DNA of 64,000 nucleotides, taken from contig OZ024740.1 of the NCBI GenBank assembly GCA_964016885.1, positions 191,580,001-191,644,000 on the forward strand, read 5' to 3'. Origin of the DNA: Eledone cirrhosa. Taxonomy: Eukaryota. The notes beneath the pieces are model-generated. The model was not told the DNA's origin, searched no databases, and worked only from the letters and a program-made list of their open reading frames with translations. Position numbers and translations under genes: made by a program. Positions 40,208 through 54,254 of this stretch are shown in pieces; the stretch's first letter is position 1; every line of letters begins with the position of its first letter.

Positions 40208-40711
40208 GCATGCATACATTTTATTATGAAGGTACACATTTAGTGACTATCACACAACCAGTTGTATATTAATATATTTGAAAAGGAAAACTCAGATAAT
40301 TTAGAAACAAATATTTATTCCCATACACCAATTATAATTTCCAGTATTATCATCACTTTGCTAGTAAATAAGTCTAAATATTTTATTGGCATAGCCATGC
40401 TTAATATTTGTGGTAGGAAATATTGGTCATGAAATTATGCTTTCCTTTTTTTCTTTTGATGCCTTCATATAATAATGACTGTAAATATTCATATATGCAT
40501 ACTTAAATACAATGTCATTATCTCATAACTTTTTCTTCAAAGATGCCTAAATTGTATCTTTCTTTTCAAAATTAAAGGTGGTTTCACTTTTCTTTAATAA
40601 AGCGTTATTGATTTTAGTATTTTATTGATTGCTTGAAAATGAAAAGTATGATTAAAATTGGTTCTATTAAGAGTGTAAATTATTTGGATTTTCAGTGTGT
40701 ACTTTACATAA

Positions 40712-40769
<58 letters not shown>

Positions 40770-42304
40770 GTGTGTGTATGTGTGTGTGTATGTGCGGGTG
40801 TGGGTGTGTGTGTGTATGTGTGCATATATATATAGAGAGAGAGAGATAGAAGAGATAAATGAATTAACTTCCCATTTTATTGAATTTTCTAGGTCTTTAA
40901 CAACTACAATACCATAAATGTATTTAGGTTAACTATGGTATATTTTTTTTGTTATAACCAGGACTCTGATTCATAAGGTGTTTCTTTTAACCCCTTAGCA
41001 TTTAAACTGGCCGTATCTGAACAGAATTCTCTCATCTCTTTCTGTTCAATCCAGCTGTAACCAGCCACTCAAAAAGATGTTAAGTTATTATTCTCAAAAT
41101 AAATACTATCGAAATCTCACAGATTCGATATTAGGAGATAATTATGTGGGGGTAAAGACTATACTGTGAAAATATAATAGTAAATATAGAATAATAAAAA
41201 TGGACTAATCATCAGATCGTCCCTAGGAAATTATGTTTTCATTGGTCTTTCCAGTGCTGATAGCCTCTGCTGGTTGTACTAGCAGAAGTGTCAACACCTC
41301 TCCATGAACAGACAATGAGAATTGAACACAAAAAAAAATACAGCGTCCATAAAGTATGCCATAAAATGTTTTAACAAATCCAATTATCCACTACTTCTAC
41401 ACAGATATGTTCTTAACGAACCGGAAATGAAGAAAGGAATAGTTGAACTTGATTACTTTTTAACAGTCTAGCCACTAGACTGTTAAAAAAATACACTAGA
41501 CTCTAGTGTATTGTGTCATTTTATAATGAGTTGATGAAGGAGCATGGAATTAATAGGGAAACAGTAGAGAAACTTGTTTTAGAACCTGCATGGACAACCA
41601 CTGCTTTAGAAGAGAGGTTGATCTTAAAAAGATGTTGTACATACATGTGTATGCATATGTATGTATCAGTGTCTAGGCTAATATTTGCACTGGCTGAAAA
41701 CAGCAGAATTTGGTCCAAATTACTGTGCATCCAACAATAAATTCTAATTTTATATCTGATGAAAACAAAGACATCAGTACAAGACGAATTACATATAAGA
41801 TTGTGTTGCTCCAGCATGTACATGATCGAATTGAGAGCAGAAATATAATTAACAATGTTGTATATGAATACAAATATAAAAAAAAAAAATTGAAAACATT
41901 TGCATGTTGATATATTTTTTCAATTATTATCTTTCTTCATGCTATATCATATGGTGATATATCTTATGAATATTTCCTGATTCATCATTGCAAAGTTTGA
42001 TTAAAATCAGACTATCGCCATATATCTGTGAATTAGATCAGTGATTGAGCTTTTCCGTCATCAGAGATGTTTTATCTTTCACACTTCATTACCCTGGTGT
42101 TCTTAGATATACTGATATTACTTAGTCTTTACGTCTATACACCTGAGTGGAGAATAATGTCTTTCCTCCCTTTATCAATTCTCCTGAATCATATTGATTT
42201 CCATTCAGGTGACACGTTTATGAGCACATCAACCTCAGGTATATGTAATAAAGTGAGATTTCAGATTCTATTTCAGGCAAAGCTATTAACAAAACACACA
42301 CACA

Positions 42305-42307
<3 letters not shown>

Positions 42308-42400
<93 letters not shown>

Positions 42401-42415
42401 CTATCTCTCTCTCTC
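42308..42415. repeat. (TC)n microsatellite
   Basis: Directly visible. Confidence 0.98.
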
Positions 42416-43399
42416 GTTCCTTCTTCCCCATCAGTGTAGAACATATATAGCAAGGAACTCCATCTGTAATGCACTAGCTTTCTGACTTTCTCTCTGAATT
42501 AAACAGAGGGGAAATATATGCATATGCACACAAATAGCCCCACATGAAAAACACACATTTCATCGTTATCATCAGCACTCTTTTACATCCACATTTCATG
42601 TTGGATTCGTTGGACAATTCCTTATGGCAGTTCTTATTCTGAGTTATTACCATTCTGGATGGATCGGGAAGAATATCTCACCATGCAATCCATTCTCGTC
42701 ATGATTTCTACAGCTGGAAGCTTTCTCTAGCATCAACAACTTAAATAAACACACACACACACTCATACCCCCCCCCCCCCCGCCCCATATAAATATGTAT
42801 ATATATATATATATTTGTCTGTGTGTGTCTAGCAAGGAGAGATGACAGGAAATGGTGATGATGATGATATACAGGCTATGCGGATATATATATATGTGTG
42901 TGTGGATGTATGTGTATTCAGTGGTATGAGTAAAGAACACCCTTTCTTTCGAATATAGCATATTGAAAACTCCTGACTTTATTCTTATTTGATGATTTTT
43001 ATGAAGGATCTTTCATATTTCTTTATCCATACTTTATGCTTGGTTCAGAACTCTAGCATTTTAAAAGATGGGATATACTGAAAACACTACACAATTTCAT
43101 GTTGGTACACAGCTCTAAAAAGCAGGGTGGTGTAACAAAGAGCATTTGAGAGAAAAAACAACAAAAGTAGTTACTGAGGAGGTCACGGAATATGTCACAA
43201 AATAGTTTTGATGAAAATCAACAATTAAACAACTATCTGGTTAATTATAAAAATGAATAGAAGTGAAACTCAACAAGTGAGTGCGGGTGTGTTTTTTTTT
43301 TTAGCAGCATGACGCTACAAAAGTATAACTACACCACTTCACAAACTGTTTTAACATGCAGGCTGATCTCTCAACTTCAGCTATTTGAGATCAGCTCTC

Positions 43400-43920
43400 A
43401 GCATATCCAGCCTGGACTTCATTTCTTTTCCTCTACTCTTGTGTCCTTCCACTGGGATTTCATGGTATTCTTCACCCATAATATTTATCCATTTATACCT
43501 AATTTTTCTTCCTTTCATTAATGCTTTGTTGTTCGTGCGCATCCAGAATAGCACACTGGCTTCATTTCTCTCCAGCCTTCACATATCCTGTGTATTCACT
43601 GCCCATAACTCACTACCATGCAGCGTCACACTTCATACACAGAAATCATACAGCCAACATTTTATGTGTAAAGATACACTAAACATCTTCCATCTTGTCT
43701 TTATTCTAGCTAATATGCACTTGAAGCACCCTCCTCAAATTCCAATTATATCACCTAGGTAGCAGAACCTATCATCAACACTCAGTAGTAGGTTTTAACA
43801 TAGGAACTACTAATTTTCCTCCTTATCATATGCATCTAACTTGTTTTTCCTCTTACTGTATACATCACATATATATTTTGCTGAACCTATTCTGAACAGA
43901 AAGTCCCTTTGGTTTCCAAC
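43400..43920 (-). mobile_element. Eroded RTE-like LINE 3' fragment
   Basis: Minus strand resembles the RTE C-terminus (HGSELWAVNTQDM*RLERNEASVLFWM; RFCYLGD); a similar relic lies at about 48660-49060 (-). Confidence 0.6.
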
Positions 43921-45243
43921 CTCTCCTGGTATTTCTAATAACTAAATTATGTTAGGCAGTGCATTCTTCTCTGATTGTCAGCATTTATAAGCATCTGTCT
44001 CATTTTCTAACAAGTACGAAGTCAATCTGACTTGAGTGTTCATGTGATTTGTAGGTGATTAGGTGGCTAGCCAGTTTTCTGAAGTTAATTTATTAACCTC
44101 ACATAATTCAAAGAGTTTCATTCCATCTGTGTTTCTCAAGCTATGGCATGTATTTTATATAGAATTTACGAAAAGGCAACATATCTCTCTCTACCATCAC
44201 CTTCCTCTTCCCATGGCATTTAAAGAGAAACTGGTTAGAGACTGGCTTGAGATGAAAAGCTATTTACTCATTCGTTTTAACCACATCTGTCTAGAGACAT
44301 TTTATTCCCATTTTTATATATGCTGTGTTATGAAAAGTCTTTTGATTTTTGACAAATGTTACTTTGTATGTCAGCTGTTTAAACTGAGGTTATATTATCA
44401 CATTACTTAAGAGGCTAAAGAACTACATATTAACTGTATCTATAAAATAAGATTGTTTTTGATATTACTTAATTTACTTTATGTTGCATATTAATTTCAG
44501 TTTAAACTGTATTTTTAATATCTTCTAAAATAAATACATTTTGCAATGTTTTATACCATATTAGATCTGAAGAACAAGACTGCAAACATTTGGAGTTCAA
44601 ACATTAATTGAAGTTGAGAACCAATTTTTGTAGTATTAGCTGTTTAAACATTATGGAATAGAATACATTAAAGCTTGATAGTTTATATATGGAAATGTAT
44701 TATTAATTACATATAAAGAATATCTACATATTTACTTTCATTAAAGTGCCGAGCAATAATTTGAAAACGGTCTTACTAATCATGTAACAAGTAGCATCGC
44801 ATTTTATCTAAGTTAGCAAGCATATTCGAAACAAGGATATTATTTCTGCGATAATTTAACGAAAATGTGTAGCAACTAACTCTCATGTAACTCACATTCA
44901 GTGACACCAGAAATAAAGGGCATACTGATAATGTATTCTTAGGCCTGTAATGATGCAAACTGCATCAAAGTGATCTTAGTTCGATCATCTTCAATTAATG
45001 CTAATATTGATAACTCTTCACATGATGCAAAGCAACAATAACGTGTAGAATATGTACAAAAAAACAAAAATAGATGAAAATAAACCCATAAAAGAACTAG
45101 AAGACAATATGAATGTATGGAAAAAAGGTAATTGACTGGCACTATATTGTGGCAAAGCTGAAGGATAAATGAAACCAGTGATCTAGGCAGCATTTGTTTA
45201 GCACTCACTCTGATAATCCAATGACCCAAAAGGATTAATATAG

Positions 45244-46791
45244 TCTGGTCAAAACCATACATTTTTCTTGTGGGAAATACAACGCAATATATATTTTCCT
45301 AAAATGTTAATTAAATTGATCCCATTACATCTGTAGCGCTTTCTAGACAAGGGAAATAGCTAGAGTTACTTCCCGTTGAAATTATAGAACCTTCCTTGTA
45401 AGGATATAAATAGAGGGAACTCAAATCTTCTCTCTCTTAGCGCTTTTTTTCGAATTGACAACACCGAGCACAAGCATGTTAATTTTTCTCTAACCACCTC
45501 TCATGGATCAGGATGGTTCCTAATTATGTATGAGGATATTTGTTTACCATAATTGTAACATGGTACTACAATAAATGAAAATTTATATTTTGATACTCGC
45601 TTTAAGAAACTGGTTACGCTTTTAATCATTACCTTTGTAGTGAGAGATAACTCTCATTTCAGCATAGTGTTATAGAAAATCTCTTATCCTTTTTCTTTAT
45701 AAAATTTAATAGTTAGATTCCGGTGGTACTTCCCGGAGTAAGTAACCCTGGGTCTAGCACCACTAAAAATCTATTTCTCTTGCTTACTGAAACATGTCAT
45801 CACCTGTTATCAGCTGCATTTAGGATAAGCTACATTCATATAGAACATATTATATATTTTACAAAATATCTAATTAATTTATTTTAATGTAGTTGTCTCA
45901 CTTTTTTTATTTTTTATTGAAAAAAAAATTCAGACAATCTTTTGTCTTCAACTATGCAGAACTGAATGATTTACTTAGAGACTTAGGTCTGTCAAACGAG
46001 TTATTAGAACTGTTAGCTTCTAGAATAAAAGAGAAGCATATGCTGCAGAAAGAAACACATTTTACTTGTTATTGGAATAGGGAAAAAGATCTTTTGGCAT
46101 TCGTTAAACCTGAAAAAAAGATTTTGTTTATTGCTGTGGCGTGACATGACTATTAAAAGTAACAGATGCTCTACAGTATGATCTTCTTGATTGGGAACTC
46201 TTTATATATATTTCAAAGAAGATTATCAAACGTGTATTAATCCATAATGGAAACTTATTAAGTGCAATTCATATTTTAGGCTGTAACATGAGCATACAGA
46301 TTCATTTCCTCAAGGGACATTTCGATGTATTTCCTGCTAGTCGTGCAGATGTGAGTGGTGAACATAACAAGTATTTCCATCAATATATCAAGGGTACAGA
46401 GGAGAGATATTAATGTATCTGGAACACACACATGATGGCACACTACATTTGAAGTATTCTAAAATACTGTGTAGACAAGAAACACTCCACGCGCTCTCAT
46501 AAGCCAAACATTTGTTTCATGAATATGCTGGTTAGTGTAGGATTGTTTCTGTTTTATCCAATGTATTTGAGAATTAACAAGATGTATTTAATATAGACGA
46601 TGTTATTTTATATTTAACCTATCATATCATATTCTATTGACATTAACATTTATGGTTTCAAGCTTAGTAATCCATCCAAGTAAATGAAAACCTGATGTGT
46701 TAGGGAAAATGGATGCCATATTTGAAATCAGCACCTCAAAATTATCTATAAACAATAAAACCTAACACAGCCAAAAATGCATTGACCAGTG
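45244..46791 (+). mobile_element. Internally deleted Chapaev3-like (CMC superfamily) DNA transposon
   Basis: Transposase remnants FNYAELNDLLRDLGLSNELLELLASRIKEKHML (45893-46144) and LGCNMSIQIHFLKGHFDVFP...VSGEHNKYFHQYI...ERY*CIWNTHMMAHY (about 46277-46450); terminal inverted match ctggtcaa / ttgaccagtg. Family name is from recalled motifs. Confidence 0.72.
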
Positions 46792-49697
46792 AAAATGTTT
46801 TGTGTTATGTTTCCACTCAAATTAAATTTACCTTTCATGCTTCCATGGTCAGCAAAATAATTACCCGTTTAGGAGTTATGAATTAAGTATAGGTCTACCC
46901 CTAAAATGTGAACGTGATGTGGACAATCCACACATTTGTCTTGTAACAGAGAGACACAAGCAAGTGTTTATACTTATTTACAATTCACAGCAAGGCTAAA
47001 AGTGTTTATATAGATATATTTAATGTTTGATTATACAGGGAATGCTTTTCACCATTATATCAAGCCCTCTACTTCACTTATAGGTTGATTAAGAAGTCTA
47101 GTAAATGATTTGATATAATGAAGTATATCATTGTAATCATAATGCATCAGCATGACCATAGTCTAAAATAATGAAATTATATGTGACAATTCTGATGATG
47201 CAACCAGCATGATAAATGCAGCAATAACTATATAATATGTTTATGGTCCTGCTGCTGCTCCCGTTGCCAAAATATATATATATATATGTGTTTACATTGT
47301 CTAAGTTATAAAGAGAAATACGTTTTCAGTTTATTCAAAGTATCAGTAAAAATGTATTCTTTACACCACTGATAGTGTTTGGTAATATGTTACAGAAGAC
47401 TGAAATTCCAGCAGTAAATATATCACTGTTAAAATGATGCTGTCTACACAGCAGATTACTTAAGTAACATATAATCCAATACAATGTAAGTAATGGATAG
47501 TATGTTCAATAAGGTTAAGAGAAATCAGAGAATGGCAAACTGTCAACTTTCATTAATTTTAAATGTATCAAATACCTATTTCCTTAGGTGAGTGTAATGG
47601 CTGTCACATTGAGTTCCATCTTAGAATGAAGCCCAAGTGTCATTAGAAATACTGTATCACTAACAATCAATATACTATTATGAGTTTGCAATACTTTTAC
47701 AACACAGTCAATCAATCAGTCAGTCAATCAATATGTTCTTTATTTCACACGAGTGAGATAAATGGTGGTAAATACTTTATTTTTTCTTAATTTAGAAGTA
47801 CATGTTTCTTATTTTCAAATGAATCCGACCACATATTGCATTCAGTATGATTGAATACATATAGTGCTATTGCATTTATGTTTGGCTCATATGGGCTTTG
47901 ATATGTTTAACACATGTAGATGGAGGCAAGTAATAACATCGTATTCTTACAGGATTGGTACTGATGAAAACTTATAAAATCACTTTAACAAAATACCAAA
48001 AAAGTGTTATATGATGTGATGAAGTATTGCAGCTAGATTTGATGAAGATTCTATTTCAATTTGGCATAATAACTAAGATGCTTTCTTAAGACACTCAATT
48101 AGATATTGTATTTCTATTGGTCCATTGAATTATATAACATTACATTTATATTGGAATAAAAATAAATATTAAAAAGATTTAATTAATTATCCTCACAACA
48201 TCATCAATCACCCCACTCTTATCTGCAGTTTTTACCCCATCTATTTATAGGGTAGCATGTCACCACTACTATCCTATACCTGCTTTCACCCACCTTCCTA
48301 CCCTGTATGATGATTCTCTCAGCCAACAAAATATAGTTAACACAGCTCGCACATTGACATCACGCCTTCTCTTGCAATATTCCCTCCAACATTGTACGAC
48401 TTTCATTACTCCTTATTCTACACACATTTAGGATAAGAAAAATAATTAGATATTAAATGGCTACAGCTAGATATATTTGAGTATTGACACATATAATCAA
48501 TGCCTAGTTCCTTTAAATTTCCCATCATCCTTACCATTTTTTTCCTCTTCCCCCTCCTCTTTTTCTATACTTGCATTACTTGGATATGTCCTTCACACGT
48601 ATTCATTTACTCTCTCCTTTGTGAGATTCAGTATTTTCAGGAAATGTCTCATCATTTCTGTCCTGACCTTCCTTGGTCTTCTCTGCTGCCATTTCCTTCC
48701 ATTGGCATCTCTTGGAACTTCTTCATCCAGCTATTATCATCTATACACATCCCACGCCAATTTTGCACATTACAGCGGCTCGTTTTGTATCTCTGCTCAT
48801 CTATGCTTCTTTGTACATGCACATTAACATCACACATGCAGTGAAAAATAGTCACTTCATTTCTTACATACTCAACATACATTCTGCAATCCCTGCTTAT
48901 ATCTAACTACTATGCTACACTGCAATTCACATGCTAGCATCATATAAGTCTTTCATATATATAGAGACAACTTTTGTTGTCAAATAATTTAGTATCTCCA
49001 ACAAAATTCCCCATACTGTTTTATTCCAGCTAGCATGCTTTTATAACAAACATCTTAACTGCTATATATACATAGATAAATAAGCATGCAATAGTTTCTT
49101 TGCTTGCGAAACACCCACAAACACTACCTACATTTATTATCTATTACACTCTTTCCTTTTTTTCTTTGTTTCTGTCATTCACTTCACCCAACAAGTAGTA
49201 AAGAAACTTCAATGACACTATATTATCAGTGCACGAGAGAGCTAAGTCCAGTAGCAAAGGGCAACTTGCTCTTCATTTCCATGAATAAATACCTCGTGTA
49301 GAAGATGAAGGTAGAGCGTGGTGTTGATACATGTTATAGCTAAGCGGTCGATCAATTTGGCAAGAAAAAAAAAAGAATTGTACTGATTTACAAATGAATT
49401 TTAAATATTTCTTTATGTGAAGGTGTTATTATTTACTCACATTTCTGATATCACCAATAAGGGTCATCATGACAGGCTCATCGCTAAGGAAGACATCAAG
49501 TCTAGTTGAGAAAGGTATCAAGTCTGTTGATAGATAAGCATTTTCTAACATTAAAATTAGCTTATATCACATTTACAAATGGATAAGCGGACAACGAATA
49601 ATTGTGCAAAGGGGGAAAGGCTAAGGCTCCACAACACCACTCTCCACCACGGTGATTGGACTGCATGCCCTCCTTTCCAAGTTACCCTTCACCACTG

Positions 49698-49729
<32 letters not shown>

Positions 49730-50024
49730 ATGTGTGTATGCATATATATAAAAATATGTATATGACCCATGCTAGAAAATGGATGTTAAACAATGATGAT
49801 AATGATATATGTAAAAGTATATGTATACTTTACGTTGCCCCATCTCCTTGAAGTTGTGACCGACAGGTAGTTTTAACAATTGGAAAGACCAATGGAAACA
49901 ATGTTTATTCGATCCGGTTTGACGAGCACCACCCAACATTTTAAGCAAATGAGGTATGTGATCTTGTCGATAGAATAAACATACATGTATGTACACATCC
50001 ATATATATATATATATATATATAA

Positions 50025-50113
<89 letters not shown>

Positions 50114-50122
50114 CATATAAAC

Positions 50123-50165
<43 letters not shown>

Positions 50166-50169
50166 AATA

Positions 50170-51830
50170 TATACATATACACTGAAGTGAGGCAGCGTTT
50201 AATAACGTTAATTGGGCCGTCGACTTTGCCATTTTTTGCTGATTGATGTAACAGTTCCTTAGAAGTTGTACAGTGGGCCTGGCTCAGGCATAAGGATAAT
50301 ATAATATTGTAGTTTACATGAAGCTTTGTTTTTAGTATATAGCATAGACATGATATGTTTAAGACGGGCAAGGCAGTGTGAAATGGATGGTAAAATGAAG
50401 GCAATGAAAAAGATTGTCTTACTTTGTATTTTATATTATTATCTGTTTTTTTGTTGCTTTCAATTAGGTATACCACTAGTATCTCCCGCCAAATAGCTCT
50501 GTTGCCGATAGGGCTGTTAGTCAGCATGCATTAGTTGTTGTTATCACTGGATCACATTTTAGTTAGGTGTCTGCTCAGTGAAGGGCTGGAGTGAACCAAT
50601 TGTATTTCCACTCCTTCCTCACAAATGGCTCTGCAGATTTCTTTGGTTATACATTGAATGAAGTGTGATAATTTCTTGAAACACGTTTTGGAGGAGATTG
50701 TATGCCTATAGTGCCTTCAATTCCTAAGATAATTCACTCTGGATGTTGGGTACCAGTTCATTTTCAATATATCCAGGAAGTTTGCAGTATGGGGAAATCT
50801 TTTCCTTTATCATGCAGCATTTACTCCAGATACGGATAAGTTCATTTCTTATGTACCCAGTTTTAGCACCAAGGGAGGAGGGTGATCTATGATGCAGAAA
50901 CAGGTCATTGTTGGTGGCTTTCATATAGAATTTGATGTATATATCCCCTTTTTCTGTTATTCTAATTTGGAAATCCAGCAGAGCCAGGGAACTATTTTTT
51001 ATTGGTGTGTTCTTCAGTTGATCTTATAGTGTTGTCTATATTCGAGAATGTCATGGATATTATGTTAGCCTCTTTATGAGGTGATATCAGGATGAGAATA
51101 TCATGTATGTATTAGGTGAAAAAGACACACAAGCAGCAGGTATTTGAGCGCTCAATGTTTCAGCTGGTTTATATACGTGATGACCAGTAGGCCTGATAGA
51201 GTGGATCCCATCGGTAGGCCTGTTGGTTGTTTATATGAGTGGTGTTGGAAAGTGAAATATGTATTTTCTACAATGACACAGCGAAGTTGATATACATTTG
51301 GTGAGATGAGGCCGAAGCAGCTTATGTTACAAAATGATTCACTGAATTACTAGGTTGACTGCTGGTCGAATGGGTATTGTCATGTAGAAAGAGACAATAT
51401 TGTATCTGAAGGCATATCAATTGAGCTCCAGTCGGATAAGTTGTAATGGAGGGTGTCTTTGTATAAATTCACTAGACCTACTGATATTTATGGTAAAAGT
51501 AGAAAGCATAGCTTTGGGGATCTGGGAGAGGAACCAGGATATGAGAGGTCCTTTTATACTAGAGATAGTAGGTCTAATCTGGAGATTAACACTGGTTTTG
51601 TGGCTTTTAATGAGTTGTTAGAATGTTGGTAGTCTACTGTTTCTGGCAGGGAGTATGTTTTTATAATTGATGGGATGTTCTCTCTGTCTGCAGATATCCA
51701 TGCAAGCGGTTTTGTTGTGGTCTTCAATCTGAGATGCGGCTACGTGCACCACATCTTTATATAGTTCACACTTGCTAAAGCACTCATATACCAAACTGTT
51801 GTTTGTGTGTTGGGACATGATGCAGAAATG
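50170..51830 (-). mobile_element. Decayed Penelope-like element (RT + GIY-YIG remnant)
   Basis: Minus-strand frames: HKTSVNLQIRPTISSIKGP; ENTYFTFQHHSYKQPTGLPMGSTLSGLL (PMGS at about 51203-51214); *YIHDILIL (degenerate RYIDD); LALLDFQI; YMKATNNDLFLHHRS; then VVYLIE as an eroded GIY-YIG start. Confidence 0.82.
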
Positions 51831-52114
51831 ATCACTTTATTGGAAGGGAGGTATATAAGTTCCTTTCACATTGTCTTAGCCATATTAATCAAATAATTTG
51901 AAAATTATATAATATTATATATATATATATATATATATGCACGGGTCACCTAACGGCAACGGAAGACGCTGCTTCGTGCAGAATAATAATGGTACCACCC
52001 CGCAGACAATGGGTTATAATGGTGCTAATGACAGGTGTAGGAGCGCAGATAACAACGTAAATAGCAATAATAATAGCTTTACCGTGGGAACCAGAAGGGG
52101 CCGCAGACCGAAAT

Positions 52115-52543
52115 TGCAACTGCCGCGGCAGGGGACGCTACCCTTTTTGGGGTAACTGTCTGACTGATAGGGTTATATATAGGGGCAGCGTAACTAGCCA
52201 TAATAGCGTTAAACATTATATAGGGGCTACCTCTGGCTCGTTCAAAAATAGATTTCGAACACATCTTCACTCTTTCGCAAACAAGAAACTAAGACACTCC
52301 ACTTCGCTCGCGAACTACATCACATCATTAAAAGACTCAAACATCAGCTTCTCCGTGTACTGGTAAATTCTAGGCAGATCTGCACCGTACAACTTCAAGA
52401 GGAAGTGCGAGCTTTGCCTCATGGATCTCTACCATAATATCACGGCACCATTCGAGCTCACCAACCGCAGAGCTGAAACGATGATAAGATGTACACACCG
52501 CTTAAAAATATCCTTCTACAGATGGAATAAGAACGAAGAGTGA
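52115..52543 (+). pseudogene. GIY-YIG endonuclease C-terminus of a Penelope-like element (Naiad/Chlamys-type motif pattern), one in-frame stop
   Basis: Frame not in the ORF track: CNCRGRGRYPFWGNCLTDRVIYRGSVTSHNSVKHYIGATSGSFKNRFRTHLHSFANKKLRHSTSLANYITSLKDSNISFSVYW*ILGRSAPYNFKRKCELCLMDLYHNITAPFELTNRRAETMIRCTHRLK. TAA at 52364-52366; terminal TGA at 52541-52543. Confidence 0.85.
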
Positions 52544-52902
52544 AAACCGTAAACCGGGTCTCCCTGCACCAAACTGTAATATCCCGGCGGGCAGGCGCTG
52601 CAAAAAACATCCGGAATATAACCATGCATCCCAGACCCGGTAAGAATCGACCCATGCGGGCAGATGAAGCAAACAAACGTCTCGAAACTAACGTTGCATA
52701 CCTGACCCTGTAGGGTAGTAACCACACAGACGTAACGGATAAAAAAACCGTCCGGAACAGATTGCCCTAACACCGGATAGTGTTATCTCCCTTAACCTAC
52801 TGCAAAATCAATACATGTTTTTTTACGAAGAATGCACTTTGACGTAAGCGTATCACTATAAACCCAATCCGGGTCATGTAAGGAATGCTTTTAGTTGAGT
52901 AT

Positions 52903-52955
52903 GCCCTTGAGAAACGCATTCGGGAGAAACGTACGTAGGTGCTATTTTAAATAAA
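52903..52955 (+). ncRNA. Degenerate hammerhead-like motif (U3-A8 variant) + AATAAA in the PLE 3' UTR
   Basis: gccc-TTGAGAA-acgcattcggga-GAAAC-GTAC-GTA-ggtgc...AATAAA; palindromic loop 3, weak stem II. Confidence 0.5.
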
Positions 52956-54156
52956 CATGTTTCAACGGTTTGTTCTCCTGTATTTACTACTCCACGTGCT
53001 TCCGCACTGTTTATTCTCTCGCCTACTAGATATTAACACTTCAAATATTTAACACTGCCGGCACTAGTATTGGGCACCCTTAACATACGCTATTGGCAAA
53101 TAACTACATGTATCGCCTTTCCCCCCTTCTCTCTCTCGATACGTAAATATTCTATATATATATAATTCAAGGAAGAAGAGTGACATGGCTGGCTATACAA
53201 TAAGGGGTTTATTCATGTTGCTAACAATTGTTTCTTTGATCTGGTAGGTCTAGAGTTCGCTACTCTTTCACACGTTCTCATGAAAACGTCTGGTTATAAA
53301 CAAAATATTGGAGATCGATTGACGCAACATCAAGCGAGTAGCGAACTATAGACCTACCAGATCAAAGAAACATATTTCACTAAAATTACGTAAAGTCACA
53401 GCAGTTAAATCTTAGATCATCAGCAAGGAGGAAGAAATAATATGAAATATTACCTTTTAAGAAATAATATGAAATATATACATTTTTTAAAAGGTAATAT
53501 TTGAAGATCTCGTTAAACTTTAATTAGTTACCTACCTAGCTGTGTGTGTTTACACACTTTACAAATTATCCCCTGTGATTGTTACATATGTTTATTTTTA
53601 ATATATATATATATGTCATTCAATGTCTACTTGATATACAATACTCGGATCTATTCATTGGAATCTTTTAACTTATTCTACAGTGGATATGGCGCATTTA
53701 ATTTAATTTTATTTTATTAAATCTATTTCGAATATATAAACGGCTCCTTATCAGTAGAGCTAAATCGGTTGAAAGGGCTTGGCTGCTATTTATAGCTGTC
53801 GACCACCCTATTCACCCCAATGGGAGGACGCTAGCAAGTTATTAGTAGTTTGAGAATTGCAGCACGTGCGACGGGTCTCTGGCCGATGTGTATTTGATGT
53901 GTAAACACAGACGGTTATTTATATAACTGCTGTGACTTTAGGGATTTTTAGTGAAATATATTTCTTTAATGAAATATATACAAGGAGGATTAATCATTGT
54001 TTAAAAGGTAATGTTTGAAGATCTAGTTAAATTTTAATTAGATACTTACCTAGCTGTGTGTGTTTACACATTTTATAAATTATTCCCTGTAATTGTTTCA
54101 TATGTTTAATTTAAATATATATATATATGTCAATCAATTTCTAGTTGATATATATG

Positions 54157-54247
<91 letters not shown>

Positions 54248-54254
54248 GATACAT

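Noticed and set aside
41513-41910. Short ORFs as a host gene exon
   Set aside because: No recognisable domain, splice structure or partner exons.
49772-50232. Long YIYI-rich ORFs here and throughout the window (also poly-L and SLSL ORFs)
   Set aside because: Translations of (TA)n, (AAT)n and (TC)n microsatellites.
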